Source of the DNA: Candidatus Cloacimonadota bacterium
Lineage (GTDB): Bacteria > Cloacimonadota > Cloacimonadia > G963667145
NCBI GenBank assembly: GCA_963676615.1
Contig: OY781092.1
Coordinates: 973,745-1,037,744 of the forward strand
Length of the DNA: 64,000 nucleotides
Reading direction: 5' to 3'
Made by a program: the position numbers and the translations under genes. The notes under the pieces are model-generated. The model did not search any database and was not told where the DNA came from. It worked only from the letters and a program-made list of their open reading frames with translations. Every line of letters starts with the position of its first letter. The stretch's first letter is position 1. This document shows positions 29,140 to 37,940 of this stretch, piece after piece.

Positions 29140-30965
29140 TTACAATTCTTCACTAACTTCGCCTTGCCCAGGCAACTTTTTGATCGCTCCCACAGGGCAA
29201 ACCTCCATACAATTTCCGCACTTAACACAATCCGCCTGCGAAATCTCAAACTTCTCCTGGCGACTGCCGTGAATGCTGCTAACTGGGCACTTCTTCGCGC
29301 AAAGCGAGCAGCCCACACACTTGTCCTTATTTATCTGAAAATGCAAAAGATCAGGACAAACAAGCGCAGAACATTTTTTCTCATTTATATGCTCTTCATA
29401 CTCGTTTCGGAAATGTTTAATCGTTGACAACACTGGATTTGGCGCGGTCTGTCCCAAGCCGCACAAAGCGGTTTTCTTGATCACATTGCCCATTCGCTCC
29501 AGCTCTTGCAAATCTTCCATTGTCCCCTTTCCAGAAGTGATTTTTTCCAAAATATTGTGCAAATGCCGAAGTCCAATACGACACGGCGAACACTTGCCGC
29601 ACGACTCTTCCATCGTAAATTCCAAGAAAAATTTGGCAACATTCACCATACATTTGCTATCGTTCATCACAATCACGCCGCCAGAGCCCATCATCGCGCC
29701 CTCGGCAATCAGCGAATCGTAATCGATAGGCACATTCCAATGCTCTTTGGTCAGACAGCCGCCAGAAGGTCCGCCCAGCTGCACAGCCTTAAACTCGCCG
29801 CTGCTCATACCTCCGCCAACTTTATCGATAAGCTCGCCAATCGTCACGCCCATCGGCACTTCCACAAGCCCCGTATTTTTCACATCGCCCGTCAGCGCAA
29901 AAACTTTCGTGCCTTTGCTTTTTTCGGTGCCCATCGCCGCAAACCACTTGCCACCTTTTTCGATAATCGGCGGCACATTCGCCAAAGTCTCTACATTATT
30001 GATGTTCGTCGGCTTGTCCCAAAGTCCGCTAATAGCAGGAAACGGCGGTTTCGACCTCGGATGCCCTCTTCTTCCTTGAATCGACGAAATCAGAGCGGTC
30101 TCCTCTCCGCAAACAAAAGCGCCCGCTCCTGTGCGCACCTCCATATCAAAGCTAAAGCCACTGCCCAAAATATTCTCGCCCAGAAGCCCATACTCACGAG
30201 CCTTCTCAATCGCTAGCTTCACCCGCTCAATCGCCAGGGGATACTCCGCGCGGATATAAAAAAAGCCCTTCGTCGCTCCAATGGCATACGCGGCTATCAT
30301 CATCCCCTCCAGCACCTTGTGCGGATCGCCCTCCAAAACAGACCGATCCATAAAAGCGCCTGGGTCTCCCTCATCTCCGTTACAAATCAAATACTTAACG
30401 CCGTCATCGCTCTTGGCTTTTCGGGCAAATGTCCACTTCAAAAAAGTCGGGAAACCGCCACCGCCACGACCACGCAAGCCAGAAATCTCAATCTCCTTAA
30501 TCACATCCTCGGGGCTCATCGACTCCAGCACCTTCGCCAGCGAGCCGTAGCCGTCAACAGCCACATACTCTTCCAGCGACTCCGGATCGATATAACCGCA
30601 ATACTCCAGCGCAACTTCGTCTGACTCTTGTAAAACGGCACATCCTCCACATTCCGCACAACATTCTCGGCAGCCGAGCCGTCCCTCATCAAAAGCCGCT
30701 CAACCACGCGCCCTTTAACAAAATGCTCCTCGACAACCTCTTTCATATCCTCAGGTTTGAGCTGCTTATAAAAAACGCCCTCGGGATAAATCAGCATCAA
30801 AGGTCCAAAATCGCAAGGTCCCATACAGCCAGTCTCGATGATGTTAACCTCGCTCTCAATCCCAAACTCCCGCACCTGTTTTTGCAGCTCTTGCTTTATC
30901 TTTTTGGCTCCAGCAGAAACACAACCCGAGCCAAAACACAGCAAAACATCGATTCTCTTTAACAT
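29140..30965 (-). CDS. HydB-like NuoF subunit (N-terminal thioredoxin-like [2Fe-2S], NuoF core, C-terminal 2x[4Fe-4S]), interrupted by an apparent frameshift near 30620
   Basis: The track splits it into two ORFs. ORF 30516..30965 is a [2Fe-2S] thioredoxin-like domain (CFGSGC ... CMGPCDFGP). ORF 29140..30564 is the NuoF core (GRGGGGFPT ... SCGKCSPCRIG) plus CVGCSLCAKKCP ... CVKCGNCMEVCP. The NuoF reading frame continues upstream of 30564 without a stop, homologous to the paralogue, but in a different frame from the upstream ORF. The 30564 start of the track ORF is a GTG codon within this continuous frame. Confidence 0.65.
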
Positions 30966-30976
30966 CCTAACCTTCT

Positions 30977-31330
30977 CTAGATTAAAAATTCGCTAATAAC
31001 ATTGCCGTTAACAATATGCTCGCTCACCACTCTTTTCGCCTTCTCGGCGCTCATCTGACAATAAGTCACGCTCTTGCCATCCTTCTGCATCACATCCACC
31101 ACAGGCTCCATACTCGACGCCCCTTTCTCTCCGCTCTGGGTAACGACGACGCCCGAAATATCTCGTTTGGAAATCTCATCCAAAAACGCCCGCATCACCT
31201 CTCGTGCGCCCATAGCAATTCCCGAAGTCCCCATTCCAACGACAATCTTGTATTTGTAGTCCGAATTTCGCAAGTTCATCTTTTTTTGAACTTCTTCCTT
31301 TAACTTTTTCAAATCAGCTAACGATTTCAT
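30977..31330 (-). CDS. Small thioredoxin-like ferredoxin-fold protein lacking the [2Fe-2S] cysteine ligands
   Basis: KIVVGMGTSGIAMGAREV ... VTQSGEKGASSMEPVV aligns with the Cys-containing CFGSGCVSAGAKKI ... ETGCMGPCDFGPLM domain of the adjacent gene. The Cys residues are replaced by Met, Thr, Gly or Ser. Confidence 0.5.
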   Translation of the reverse strand: MKSLADLKKLKEEVQKKMNLRNSDYKYKIVVGMGTSGIAMGAREVMRAFLDEISKRDISGVVVTQSGEKGASSMEPVVDVMQKDGKSVTYCQMSAEKAKRVVSEHIVNGNVISEFLI

Positions 31331-31872
31331 CTATCCTCCAATTTTCCAATCTGCTGGCAAAGAATCTCTTCCATAAAATTTCTTATCTCTGGCTGATCCA
31401 AAGGCACGCCATCTAGCTCCTTCTTCACCAGCCGAGTATCAAAACAATCTTTTTCTCCATTCACACTGCTACGCAAAACAAAATCAACTTTTGGATGCGC
31501 CACAATGCAGGTAACCATCGTCAAGGCGACATCGCCAAGCGGCAAAGCGTCGATGCTGGAAACCACAAAACTCGCCTTCAAAATAGTGCCTTTGCCCAGC
31601 TCGGACTGCAAATCAAAACTACCGCCCGACAAAGTGGCACTCTGGGCAAACAGCGGAATGCCCAAACCGACCTTCTTTTTGCGAAACGCCTTGCTCGTAT
31701 AAAAAGGGTCAACCGCCGCCTTCAGCGTCTGCTCGTCCATCCCTTTGCCATTATCCTCCACGCTCAAACTCAAAACATCCTCTTTGCGCGAAAAACAACA
31801 CTCAATCAAAGTAGCACCAGCACTCACCGAATTTTGGAGAATATCTAAAAGGTGTAAAGATATATCTTCCAT
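31327..31872 (-). CDS. GHKL/HATPase_c-type ATP-binding protein (anti-sigma-factor / serine-kinase-like)
   Basis: It has the N-box/G1 motif SVEDNGKGMDE and G2 GLGIPLFAQSA. At 181 aa it has no His-kinase dimerisation domain. Confidence 0.7.
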   Translation of the reverse strand: MEDISLHLLDILQNSVSAGATLIECCFSRKEDVLSLSVEDNGKGMDEQTLKAAVDPFYTSKAFRKKKVGLGIPLFAQSATLSGGSFDLQSELGKGTILKASFVVSSIDALPLGDVALTMVTCIVAHPKVDFVLRSSVNGEKDCFDTRLVKKELDGVPLDQPEIRNFMEEILCQQIGKLEDR

Positions 31873-31905
31873 AAATTTGCGACTCCCTTATCTGCTCACC
31901 AAAAA

Positions 31906-32382
31906 CTAATACTTACTCAAAATCTCTTTAATCTGCCCTTTAGAAGCAATTTTACCATAAGTATCTTCGCCGATAACCACCACTGGCGCAAGCGAACACG
32001 CACCCACGCAGCGCACCGACGACAGCGAGAACTTGCCATCCTGAGTCGTTTGCCCAAGGCTCACGCCAAGCTCCTGCTCAAACATCTTAATCACATTCGC
32101 AGCGCCCTTCACATAACACGCAGTTCCCGTGCAAATATTGATAACGACCTCGCCGCGCGGCTTCATCGAAAAGAAATTATAAAAAGTCACCACGCCGTAG
32201 ATTTTGTTCACAGGCAAATCCATCTGCTCGGCAACAAACGCCTGCACCTCTTTCGGCAAATAGCCAAACAACCTTTGCGCCTCACGCAAAACCTCGATCA
32301 AAGGGTCTCTCAGACCTTTTTTCTCTTGGATAATCTCCTTCAGCTCCGCATAAAGTTTATTCTCACACTTCTCCACATTCAC
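31906..32382 (-). CDS. NuoE-like [2Fe-2S] subunit (HydC/HoxE-like)
   Basis: Its Cys motifs are CTGTACYVKG and CVGACSLAPV. Confidence 0.8.
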   Translation of the reverse strand: MNVEKCENKLYAELKEIIQEKKGLRDPLIEVLREAQRLFGYLPKEVQAFVAEQMDLPVNKIYGVVTFYNFFSMKPRGEVVINICTGTACYVKGAANVIKMFEQELGVSLGQTTQDGKFSLSSVRCVGACSLAPVVVIGEDTYGKIASKGQIKEILSKY

Positions 32383-32389
32383 CCCCTAC

Positions 32390-33103
32390 TTAAATCGTTT
32401 TTGTCTCAAACTCATTTTTTTGTAAAGCTATTTTTAAACTTTCAAAATTCAGCTCGTCCAGACTATACTCCGTATATCTTTTCCCAAAATCTTTTCGATA
32501 ATGAGCGTCGGAATTTCGCACCAGCGGCAACCCGTATTTTTCCCATGGCGCAAAATCTCCCACAACCTCCAGCGCATCAAAATCCACATCCTGCGGCAAA
32601 AATCCCAGCTGCGACTTTGTGCTAAAGCTATCGGCGTCCACATGCGAGGCGACCAAAAAGCCGCCATACTGCGCAACTTTGGCAGAAGTCGTCTGCAAAT
32701 CCCAGCTCACCGAATTCAGCAAAAGCTTGCCCTCAAACCCAAGCACCATCTCGTTTTCGTCGATAAGCACCTGATCGCCAAAAAAACCTTTGCGATTTTG
32801 AATGTCAGGCAGCGCCCGATACAGCTCCGCATCAAAAGCCGCCGCAGTCTTGCAGTCGGGAAAATACGCCAAAAGGTGCACCTCCAAACTGGTTTGAATC
32901 TCCACGCCGTAAATAAAATGGATGCCAAATTTTTGGGCAATACTCGCATAAGCCAAAGAGTTCGCCAGACTATTATGCTCCGTGATAGAGAGCATCCCAA
33001 AGCCCAAATCTCTGGCTTTTTCAAACAAAAGCGAGGGCGACATCGAATAATCGCCACACGGCGACAAAACAGAATGCAAATGCAAATCGGCCTTGCAAAC
33101 CAT
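32390..33103 (-). CDS. PHP-domain (polymerase/histidinol-phosphatase-like) metal-dependent phosphoesterase
   Basis: It begins ADLHLHSVLSPCGD and has SITEHNSL, the PHP His-rich motifs. Confidence 0.7.
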   Translation of the reverse strand: MVCKADLHLHSVLSPCGDYSMSPSLLFEKARDLGFGMLSITEHNSLANSLAYASIAQKFGIHFIYGVEIQTSLEVHLLAYFPDCKTAAAFDAELYRALPDIQNRKGFFGDQVLIDENEMVLGFEGKLLLNSVSWDLQTTSAKVAQYGGFLVASHVDADSFSTKSQLGFLPQDVDFDALEVVGDFAPWEKYGLPLVRNSDAHYRKDFGKRYTEYSLDELNFESLKIALQKNEFETKTI

Positions 33104-34723
33104 CTATTGCACCGCCACCAACTTATACAAAATCCCCGAAATCTGAAAAGAGTTATAAGGACTGCTCACAAGCACAATCCCCTCTTCGTTTGCCTTCTCA
33201 ATCACCTCTGGCGTCGGCATCTTATTCTTGGCAAAAATTATCGCATCAATCTCCAAGAGCGACGCCACAGCAATCGAATTTTGATGCTGCATAATCGTCA
33301 CCCACACTTGGCTATCGCCAGCCGAAGCCATCACATCCGAAAGCAAATCGCCCGCATAAACGCTGCTAACTCTCACGCTCGACAAATCTTTCTCCTTCGT
33401 CAAAAGTTTGCCGCCAATATACTCAATCAACTTCGCCAAAGACATCTCTTTTTTCTCCTGCAAATTAAAAACACAATCCGAAAACTTCGCCTTTCCACTC
33501 ACAATCTCCTTCGCCAAAACCTCGCAAGTCGGACACCCGCAAATCCCGCAATTTTTACCCGGCAAAAGCTTTTTAATGTCCTCATACTTTTTCATTTTGG
33601 CGATTTTTTCTTTAATCGACAAATTATCCACCTCGCGCGGCACAGGCGTAATCTCATTTTTTATCTCGAACTCTTTGTTTTTGAACAACTTATAAAAAAG
33701 CTCTTTGTCGATTTTTTCGAACTTCACATCCGAAGAAGCGATACGATTTGCCGCAATAAACGGATTTTCCACATTCAAATCTCCGCCGACACAACCGTTG
33801 GTGCAACTGCGCAGCACCACATAATCGTAATAATCCAGCTGACCGCCCTCGATTTTGGACAAAATATCTTTCGCACCCTTAAAACCGCTAACCGCCAAAG
33901 TCTTAAAATTGCTCTCCTTCACCTGATTGCCCTCGGAAATATAAATCCCCCAATTCTCGTGATTTATAACGCCACCCGAGTTTTGCACATCCTTTTTCTC
34001 GTCCTGCTTCTGATTATAACAAATATTCATAATCCGATTGTAAACATCGCGCATCGCCAAAGCGCCGTCCTGAAAAGATTTATCTTGCCCAACAGGATTT
34101 TTGAAAGCGGTAATTTGCGACGAACACGGAGCCACCGAAAAAATTCCAATCTCGTCTGGCTTGAACCCTTTTTTTTCTGCCAAATAGTGCCGATAGTAGG
34201 CGCTCAAAATCGCCACAGAAGACTCCAGCGGCACAATATGCTCCAGCAGCGACGGGTACTTAACCCTTATCAGCCGCACAATCGCAGGACAATTCGACGA
34301 AATCAAAGGGCGAATTTTGGCATCGTTCAACTTTTGCGCAAAAATCGGCGCCATCACTCCAGTAATCATATTTTCATCGATCACCTTGTCGAAACCCAGC
34401 TGCAAAAGGGCGTCCGTCGCCACCGCATAATCGATTTTGGGCGGAAGCTGCCCGATAAAAACATTCGACAAAAGCGCCACACGATATTTAAACCTAGAAT
34501 CGTGCAAGAGCTCATCGAAATCGTCGTAAACGCTTTTGATGGCTCCCACAGGGCAAATTTTGATGCACTGTCCGCAGCTGATGCACTTGTGCTGATACAG
34601 CTCGACCTTGCCGTCGCGGAGCCTGATGGCAGACACTGGGCAAACCCGAATACACCTCGTGCAACCGATGCACTTCTCCTTATCCTCCTGCACCGAGCCG
34701 CTAAAATTCACAATATTTTCCAT
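33104..34723 (-). CDS. Sensory [FeFe]-hydrogenase-like protein (HydS/HfsB-type) with a C-terminal DRTGG-like domain
   Basis: It has an N-terminal 2x[4Fe-4S] (CIGCTRCIRVCP, CISCGQCIKICP). The H-cluster-like motifs are degenerate: SSNCPAIV (L1 with one Cys), APCSSQ (L2) and CTNGCVGG (L3). An extra CGICGCPTC motif is present. The C-terminal roughly 110 aa (AGDLLSDVMA ... VLVSSP) resemble the adjacent DRTGG protein. Confidence 0.7.
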   Translation of the reverse strand: MENIVNFSGSVQEDKEKCIGCTRCIRVCPVSAIRLRDGKVELYQHKCISCGQCIKICPVGAIKSVYDDFDELLHDSRFKYRVALLSNVFIGQLPPKIDYAVATDALLQLGFDKVIDENMITGVMAPIFAQKLNDAKIRPLISSNCPAIVRLIRVKYPSLLEHIVPLESSVAILSAYYRHYLAEKKGFKPDEIGIFSVAPCSSQITAFKNPVGQDKSFQDGALAMRDVYNRIMNICYNQKQDEKKDVQNSGGVINHENWGIYISEGNQVKESNFKTLAVSGFKGAKDILSKIEGGQLDYYDYVVLRSCTNGCVGGDLNVENPFIAANRIASSDVKFEKIDKELFYKLFKNKEFEIKNEITPVPREVDNLSIKEKIAKMKKYEDIKKLLPGKNCGICGCPTCEVLAKEIVSGKAKFSDCVFNLQEKKEMSLAKLIEYIGGKLLTKEKDLSSVRVSSVYAGDLLSDVMASAGDSQVWVTIMQHQNSIAVASLLEIDAIIFAKNKMPTPEVIEKANEEGIVLVSSPYNSFQISGILYKLVAVQ

Positions 34724-34738
34724 CTTCTACTTTTTTCC

Positions 34739-35218
34739 TTAAAAAAACACGACCAAATCTAGCTCCGTATTTCCCGCAGAATAAAGCCTCATAATATCCA
34801 CATTATCTTTGATATTCGGCAGTCCCATACCAGCACCAAAACCCATTGAACGCGCCAAATCGTCTGCCGTGGAATAGCCCGGCTGCATCGCTTTTTCGAT
34901 ATCGGCAATGCCAGGACCATTATCGACAAACCGCAGATGCACAAACTCTGGATAAATTCCCACCAGCATCTTGCCACCCTTGGAATGCGCCACCACATTT
35001 ATCTCCGCCTCATAGCTCGCCACAGCAAAACGCCGCAAAGAGCCCGTATCGATGCCCAAACTTTTCAGCTTCTTCTTAACTTTCGTCGTCGCTTTTCCCG
35101 ATTCGACAAAATCTTTGGCTTTAATCTCAAAATCGAAATTTATCGCTGGCTTATCCAGCTCGTTCAAAAAAACTTCTGGCTCAACCTGTGCATCTTTGCT
35201 AAACTCAAAACTACTCAT
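34739..35218 (-). CDS. GHKL/HATPase_c-type ATP-binding protein (anti-sigma regulatory factor-like)
   Basis: It has VDNGPGIADIEK and GFGAGMGLPNI. At 159 aa it is a second paralogue within the same locus. Confidence 0.7.
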   Translation of the reverse strand: MSSFEFSKDAQVEPEVFLNELDKPAINFDFEIKAKDFVESGKATTKVKKKLKSLGIDTGSLRRFAVASYEAEINVVAHSKGGKMLVGIYPEFVHLRFVDNGPGIADIEKAMQPGYSTADDLARSMGFGAGMGLPNIKDNVDIMRLYSAGNTELDLVVFF

Positions 35219-35576
35219 CGATACTCACCTTTATCTCAAGAGGCGCAAGACCGCCCTTATACGAAAAAGCGCAAGCCTCAAAAAGCGACATCTTCGTGCA
35301 CAAAACTGGCAAATCGTGATCTTCTGCCAGCTGCAAAATTTCCGCCGTCGGCTTCTTCCCTCGCACAAACACAACCGCTTGCATATCAACCATTTCCGCC
35401 ACTCGAATAATCTGATGATTAACAAGCCCCGTAAAAAGCACCGCCGAATCTTTCACGCACATCAAAATATCGCTAATCAAATCTGACGCCGCGCCGCAAC
35501 TCACATCATAATCCAAATGCTTGGGCGAACTCAGCAACTTGCCGTCCACCAACTCTAAAAGTTCTTTCAATTTCAT
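35211..35576 (-). CDS. DRTGG-domain protein
   Basis: A 121-aa protein with CGAASDLISDILM ... AVLFTGL ... AVVFVRGKKP, the DRTGG domain pattern. It overlaps the next gene by 8 nt. Confidence 0.6.
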   Translation of the reverse strand: MKLKELLELVDGKLLSSPKHLDYDVSCGAASDLISDILMCVKDSAVLFTGLVNHQIIRVAEMVDMQAVVFVRGKKPTAEILQLAEDHDLPVLCTKMSLFEACAFSYKGGLAPLEIKVSIDE

Positions 35577-37931
35577 CTAATGCACCCTTATATATTGCTT
35601 GAGCGCTTCCAAATCTTTCTTCAGCTGCGCCATCAACTCCGCCTGCGAAGCGAACTTTTTCTCCGCCCGCAAAAACCGCAAAAACTCCACTTTCACCTCT
35701 CGGCCGTAAATATTTTTATTAAATTTATAAAGATAATTTTCGATCGTCTTCTTCCGCTCATCGCTACGCACAGTAGGCGCAAAGCCGATATTCGTAAGGC
35801 CATAATAGCCCTTGTCGCCGATTTTGGTATGCGTGATATATACCCCTTCGGCTGGATAAATTTTGAACTCCTCTTTGGGGCTTAAATTCAAAGTCGGGAA
35901 GCCAAGACTTCCGCCAATTTTGCGACCTTTCTCCACAGTTCCCACAACCGAATAGTTCCGCGAAAGATAGCGCCTGATGCCGTTAATCTCGCCTTTTTTT
36001 ATCTTCTCTCGAATGAGTTTGCTGCAAACAATCTCGCCGCTCATAATCAAAGGATCAACCAGACGCACCTTGATGCCATAAGGCTTGCCCAGCTTCATCA
36101 AAAGCCGATAATCGCCCTCTTTGCCTTTACCAAATCTGGTGTCGTGTCCACAAACAATCTCGCGAATATGCAACTTCTCCAGCAAAATCTTCTTGAAAAA
36201 CTCCTCGGCCGTAAAATGCGCGACCTCATCAAAATCCAGATACAAAATCGAATGCACCCCAAATTTGTGAAAAAGCAAATGCTCCTTATGTTTCCGCTCC
36301 AAAATCATATACGGTTCTATCGGGCGGTTGTCCATTTTCAAAAAATGCTCCCGAGTATGAGCGCGATAAGTCAGCACCAAAGCCTCTCCGCCCGTATCCG
36401 TCGCACGAGAATACAACCTGTTCAAAAGTTTCGAATGCCCAAAATGCAACCCCTCAAAATTGCCAATGGCAACAATCGGATACTTATACCGCAAGCTCGT
36501 CTGCTGGGTAATATCCACGATGCTCCCTTTCGGTGTATAGGGAATATCCTGGCTGGCAATCACGATTTTGAACATCTTCGACAAATTCGCAAAACTTTCG
36601 ACCTTCTTAATTTCGTCAGTTGAAAACTCAATCTTTTTCAAGTTTCGGAACCTGCCCAAAAAAGTCAAATCGACAAAAGATTGCAAAAACTCTGGCGTCT
36701 CGTCGTAAAAGCTCAACCGCTCCAGCTTTGTGCAATTTTGCAATCCCGATAAGTTGGTCAAATTTTCGGCTTGTATCCGAAAAAAGTTACTATTCACCAG
36801 CTCCCGCAGCTCGCTAGAATTTGGCAAAAACAAAGAGTAGCCGTTGTCCAGCTGCACATTAAACGCTCGCTTCCACTGCGGCTCCAGATTATTCCACCAC
36901 TGCCGCAAAAGCTTTTTAGAGTCAAAAAACGACGCATTTTGAGTTGCAAAAAGTTTCCGCAATCGCAAAAATTCCCTTCGCTTTTCCTTCCGCAATCTCC
37001 ATTTTTCCCAAAATTTGAACGAAACCATACTCACTAAAATCAAAATCAGCAATCCCAAAACTCCACCAATGATTAAAATCTTAGTATTCCGCTTCTCTGT
37101 AAAAAGCGCGCTCACCCTCTGTTTTTCTGACTCCGGCAAAGTTTTGCTATCCTCAGAGAACAAAAAAACTTTCAAACTTTTAAGCTTTTCCACGCCATCC
37201 AAATTGGTTAATTTATTTTTGAAAATAAAAATCTTTTCCAAATCTTTCGCATTCTCAAGACCTTTTATGTTGGCAATCTCGTTGTTGTGCGCCAACAAAA
37301 TCTTCAACTTCGGACTGCTACTCAGCGGCTCCAGCGACGAAATATTGTTGTGATTGATCGAGAGTTCCTCCAAAAGCGGCTTGTTCGCCAACGGCTCTAT
37401 CGACGAGATAAAGTTCCGATGCACATAAACCCTCTTCAGATTTTGCAAATCCTCAAGCCCTCTCAAATCTTGCAAATCGTTAAAATCAGCCCGCAAATAC
37501 TCTAGCTTCTTCAAATTCCGCAAGCGCCACAGCGACTGAATTCGGTTGTCACTTAGCTTCAACTCTTTTAGGTTCACCAAATTTTCAATGCCGTTCAAAT
37601 CAGCAATCTGGTTGTAAGAGCAATTGACATTTTCCAAATGATCTAGCTGACTCAATCCGCTGACATCCGTGAGGTTATGCCCATACAAAAACAAAGTTTT
37701 TCGCTTCAGCAAACTTTCCAAAAACACATCTTTTGGTTTTTGCACAGTTTTTCCTAACCCCAAAACCCTATTGAACGCCAGCTTCCACTGATAATCCAGA
37801 CCGTTCCACCATATCTCCCGTTTTTCGGGGGTATCAAATTTTCGACTCATCTCCACTTTTTGAGCAGCTGCCCACAAAAACCCTTGTAAAACCACAACTA
37901 TAAATAAAATTTTCAACAATTTTTTCATCAC
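35577..37931 (-). CDS. ribF: Fusion ORF: signal peptide + leucine-rich-repeat domains with a mid-protein TM helix, fused in frame to bifunctional riboflavin kinase/FMN adenylyltransferase (RibF)
   Basis: There are about 22-residue LRR units (NLxxLxxLxLxxNxIxxL) in two blocks around the TM helix ILIIGGVLGLLILILVSMV. The C-terminal roughly 310 aa are RibF (VAIGNFEGLHFGH ... riboflavin-kinase motifs GEIVCSKLIREKI, PTLNL). The 784 codons contain no stop. A possible internal GTG start for RibF, with an AAGGGAG SD, lies at the complement of 36515-36517. Confidence 0.7.
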   Translation of the reverse strand: MMKKLLKILFIVVVLQGFLWAAAQKVEMSRKFDTPEKREIWWNGLDYQWKLAFNRVLGLGKTVQKPKDVFLESLLKRKTLFLYGHNLTDVSGLSQLDHLENVNCSYNQIADLNGIENLVNLKELKLSDNRIQSLWRLRNLKKLEYLRADFNDLQDLRGLEDLQNLKRVYVHRNFISSIEPLANKPLLEELSINHNNISSLEPLSSSPKLKILLAHNNEIANIKGLENAKDLEKIFIFKNKLTNLDGVEKLKSLKVFLFSEDSKTLPESEKQRVSALFTEKRNTKILIIGGVLGLLILILVSMVSFKFWEKWRLRKEKRREFLRLRKLFATQNASFFDSKKLLRQWWNNLEPQWKRAFNVQLDNGYSLFLPNSSELRELVNSNFFRIQAENLTNLSGLQNCTKLERLSFYDETPEFLQSFVDLTFLGRFRNLKKIEFSTDEIKKVESFANLSKMFKIVIASQDIPYTPKGSIVDITQQTSLRYKYPIVAIGNFEGLHFGHSKLLNRLYSRATDTGGEALVLTYRAHTREHFLKMDNRPIEPYMILERKHKEHLLFHKFGVHSILYLDFDEVAHFTAEEFFKKILLEKLHIREIVCGHDTRFGKGKEGDYRLLMKLGKPYGIKVRLVDPLIMSGEIVCSKLIREKIKKGEINGIRRYLSRNYSVVGTVEKGRKIGGSLGFPTLNLSPKEEFKIYPAEGVYITHTKIGDKGYYGLTNIGFAPTVRSDERKKTIENYLYKFNKNIYGREVKVEFLRFLRAEKKFASQAELMAQLKKDLEALKQYIRVH

Positions 37932-37940
37932 TTTCCCTAA

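Noticed and set aside
32501-34762. 753-aa plus-strand ORF covering the PHP and HydS-like genes
   Set aside because: Extremely Arg/His/Leu/Gln-rich with no motifs. It lies antisense to two genes with clear conserved domains, so it is a shadow ORF.
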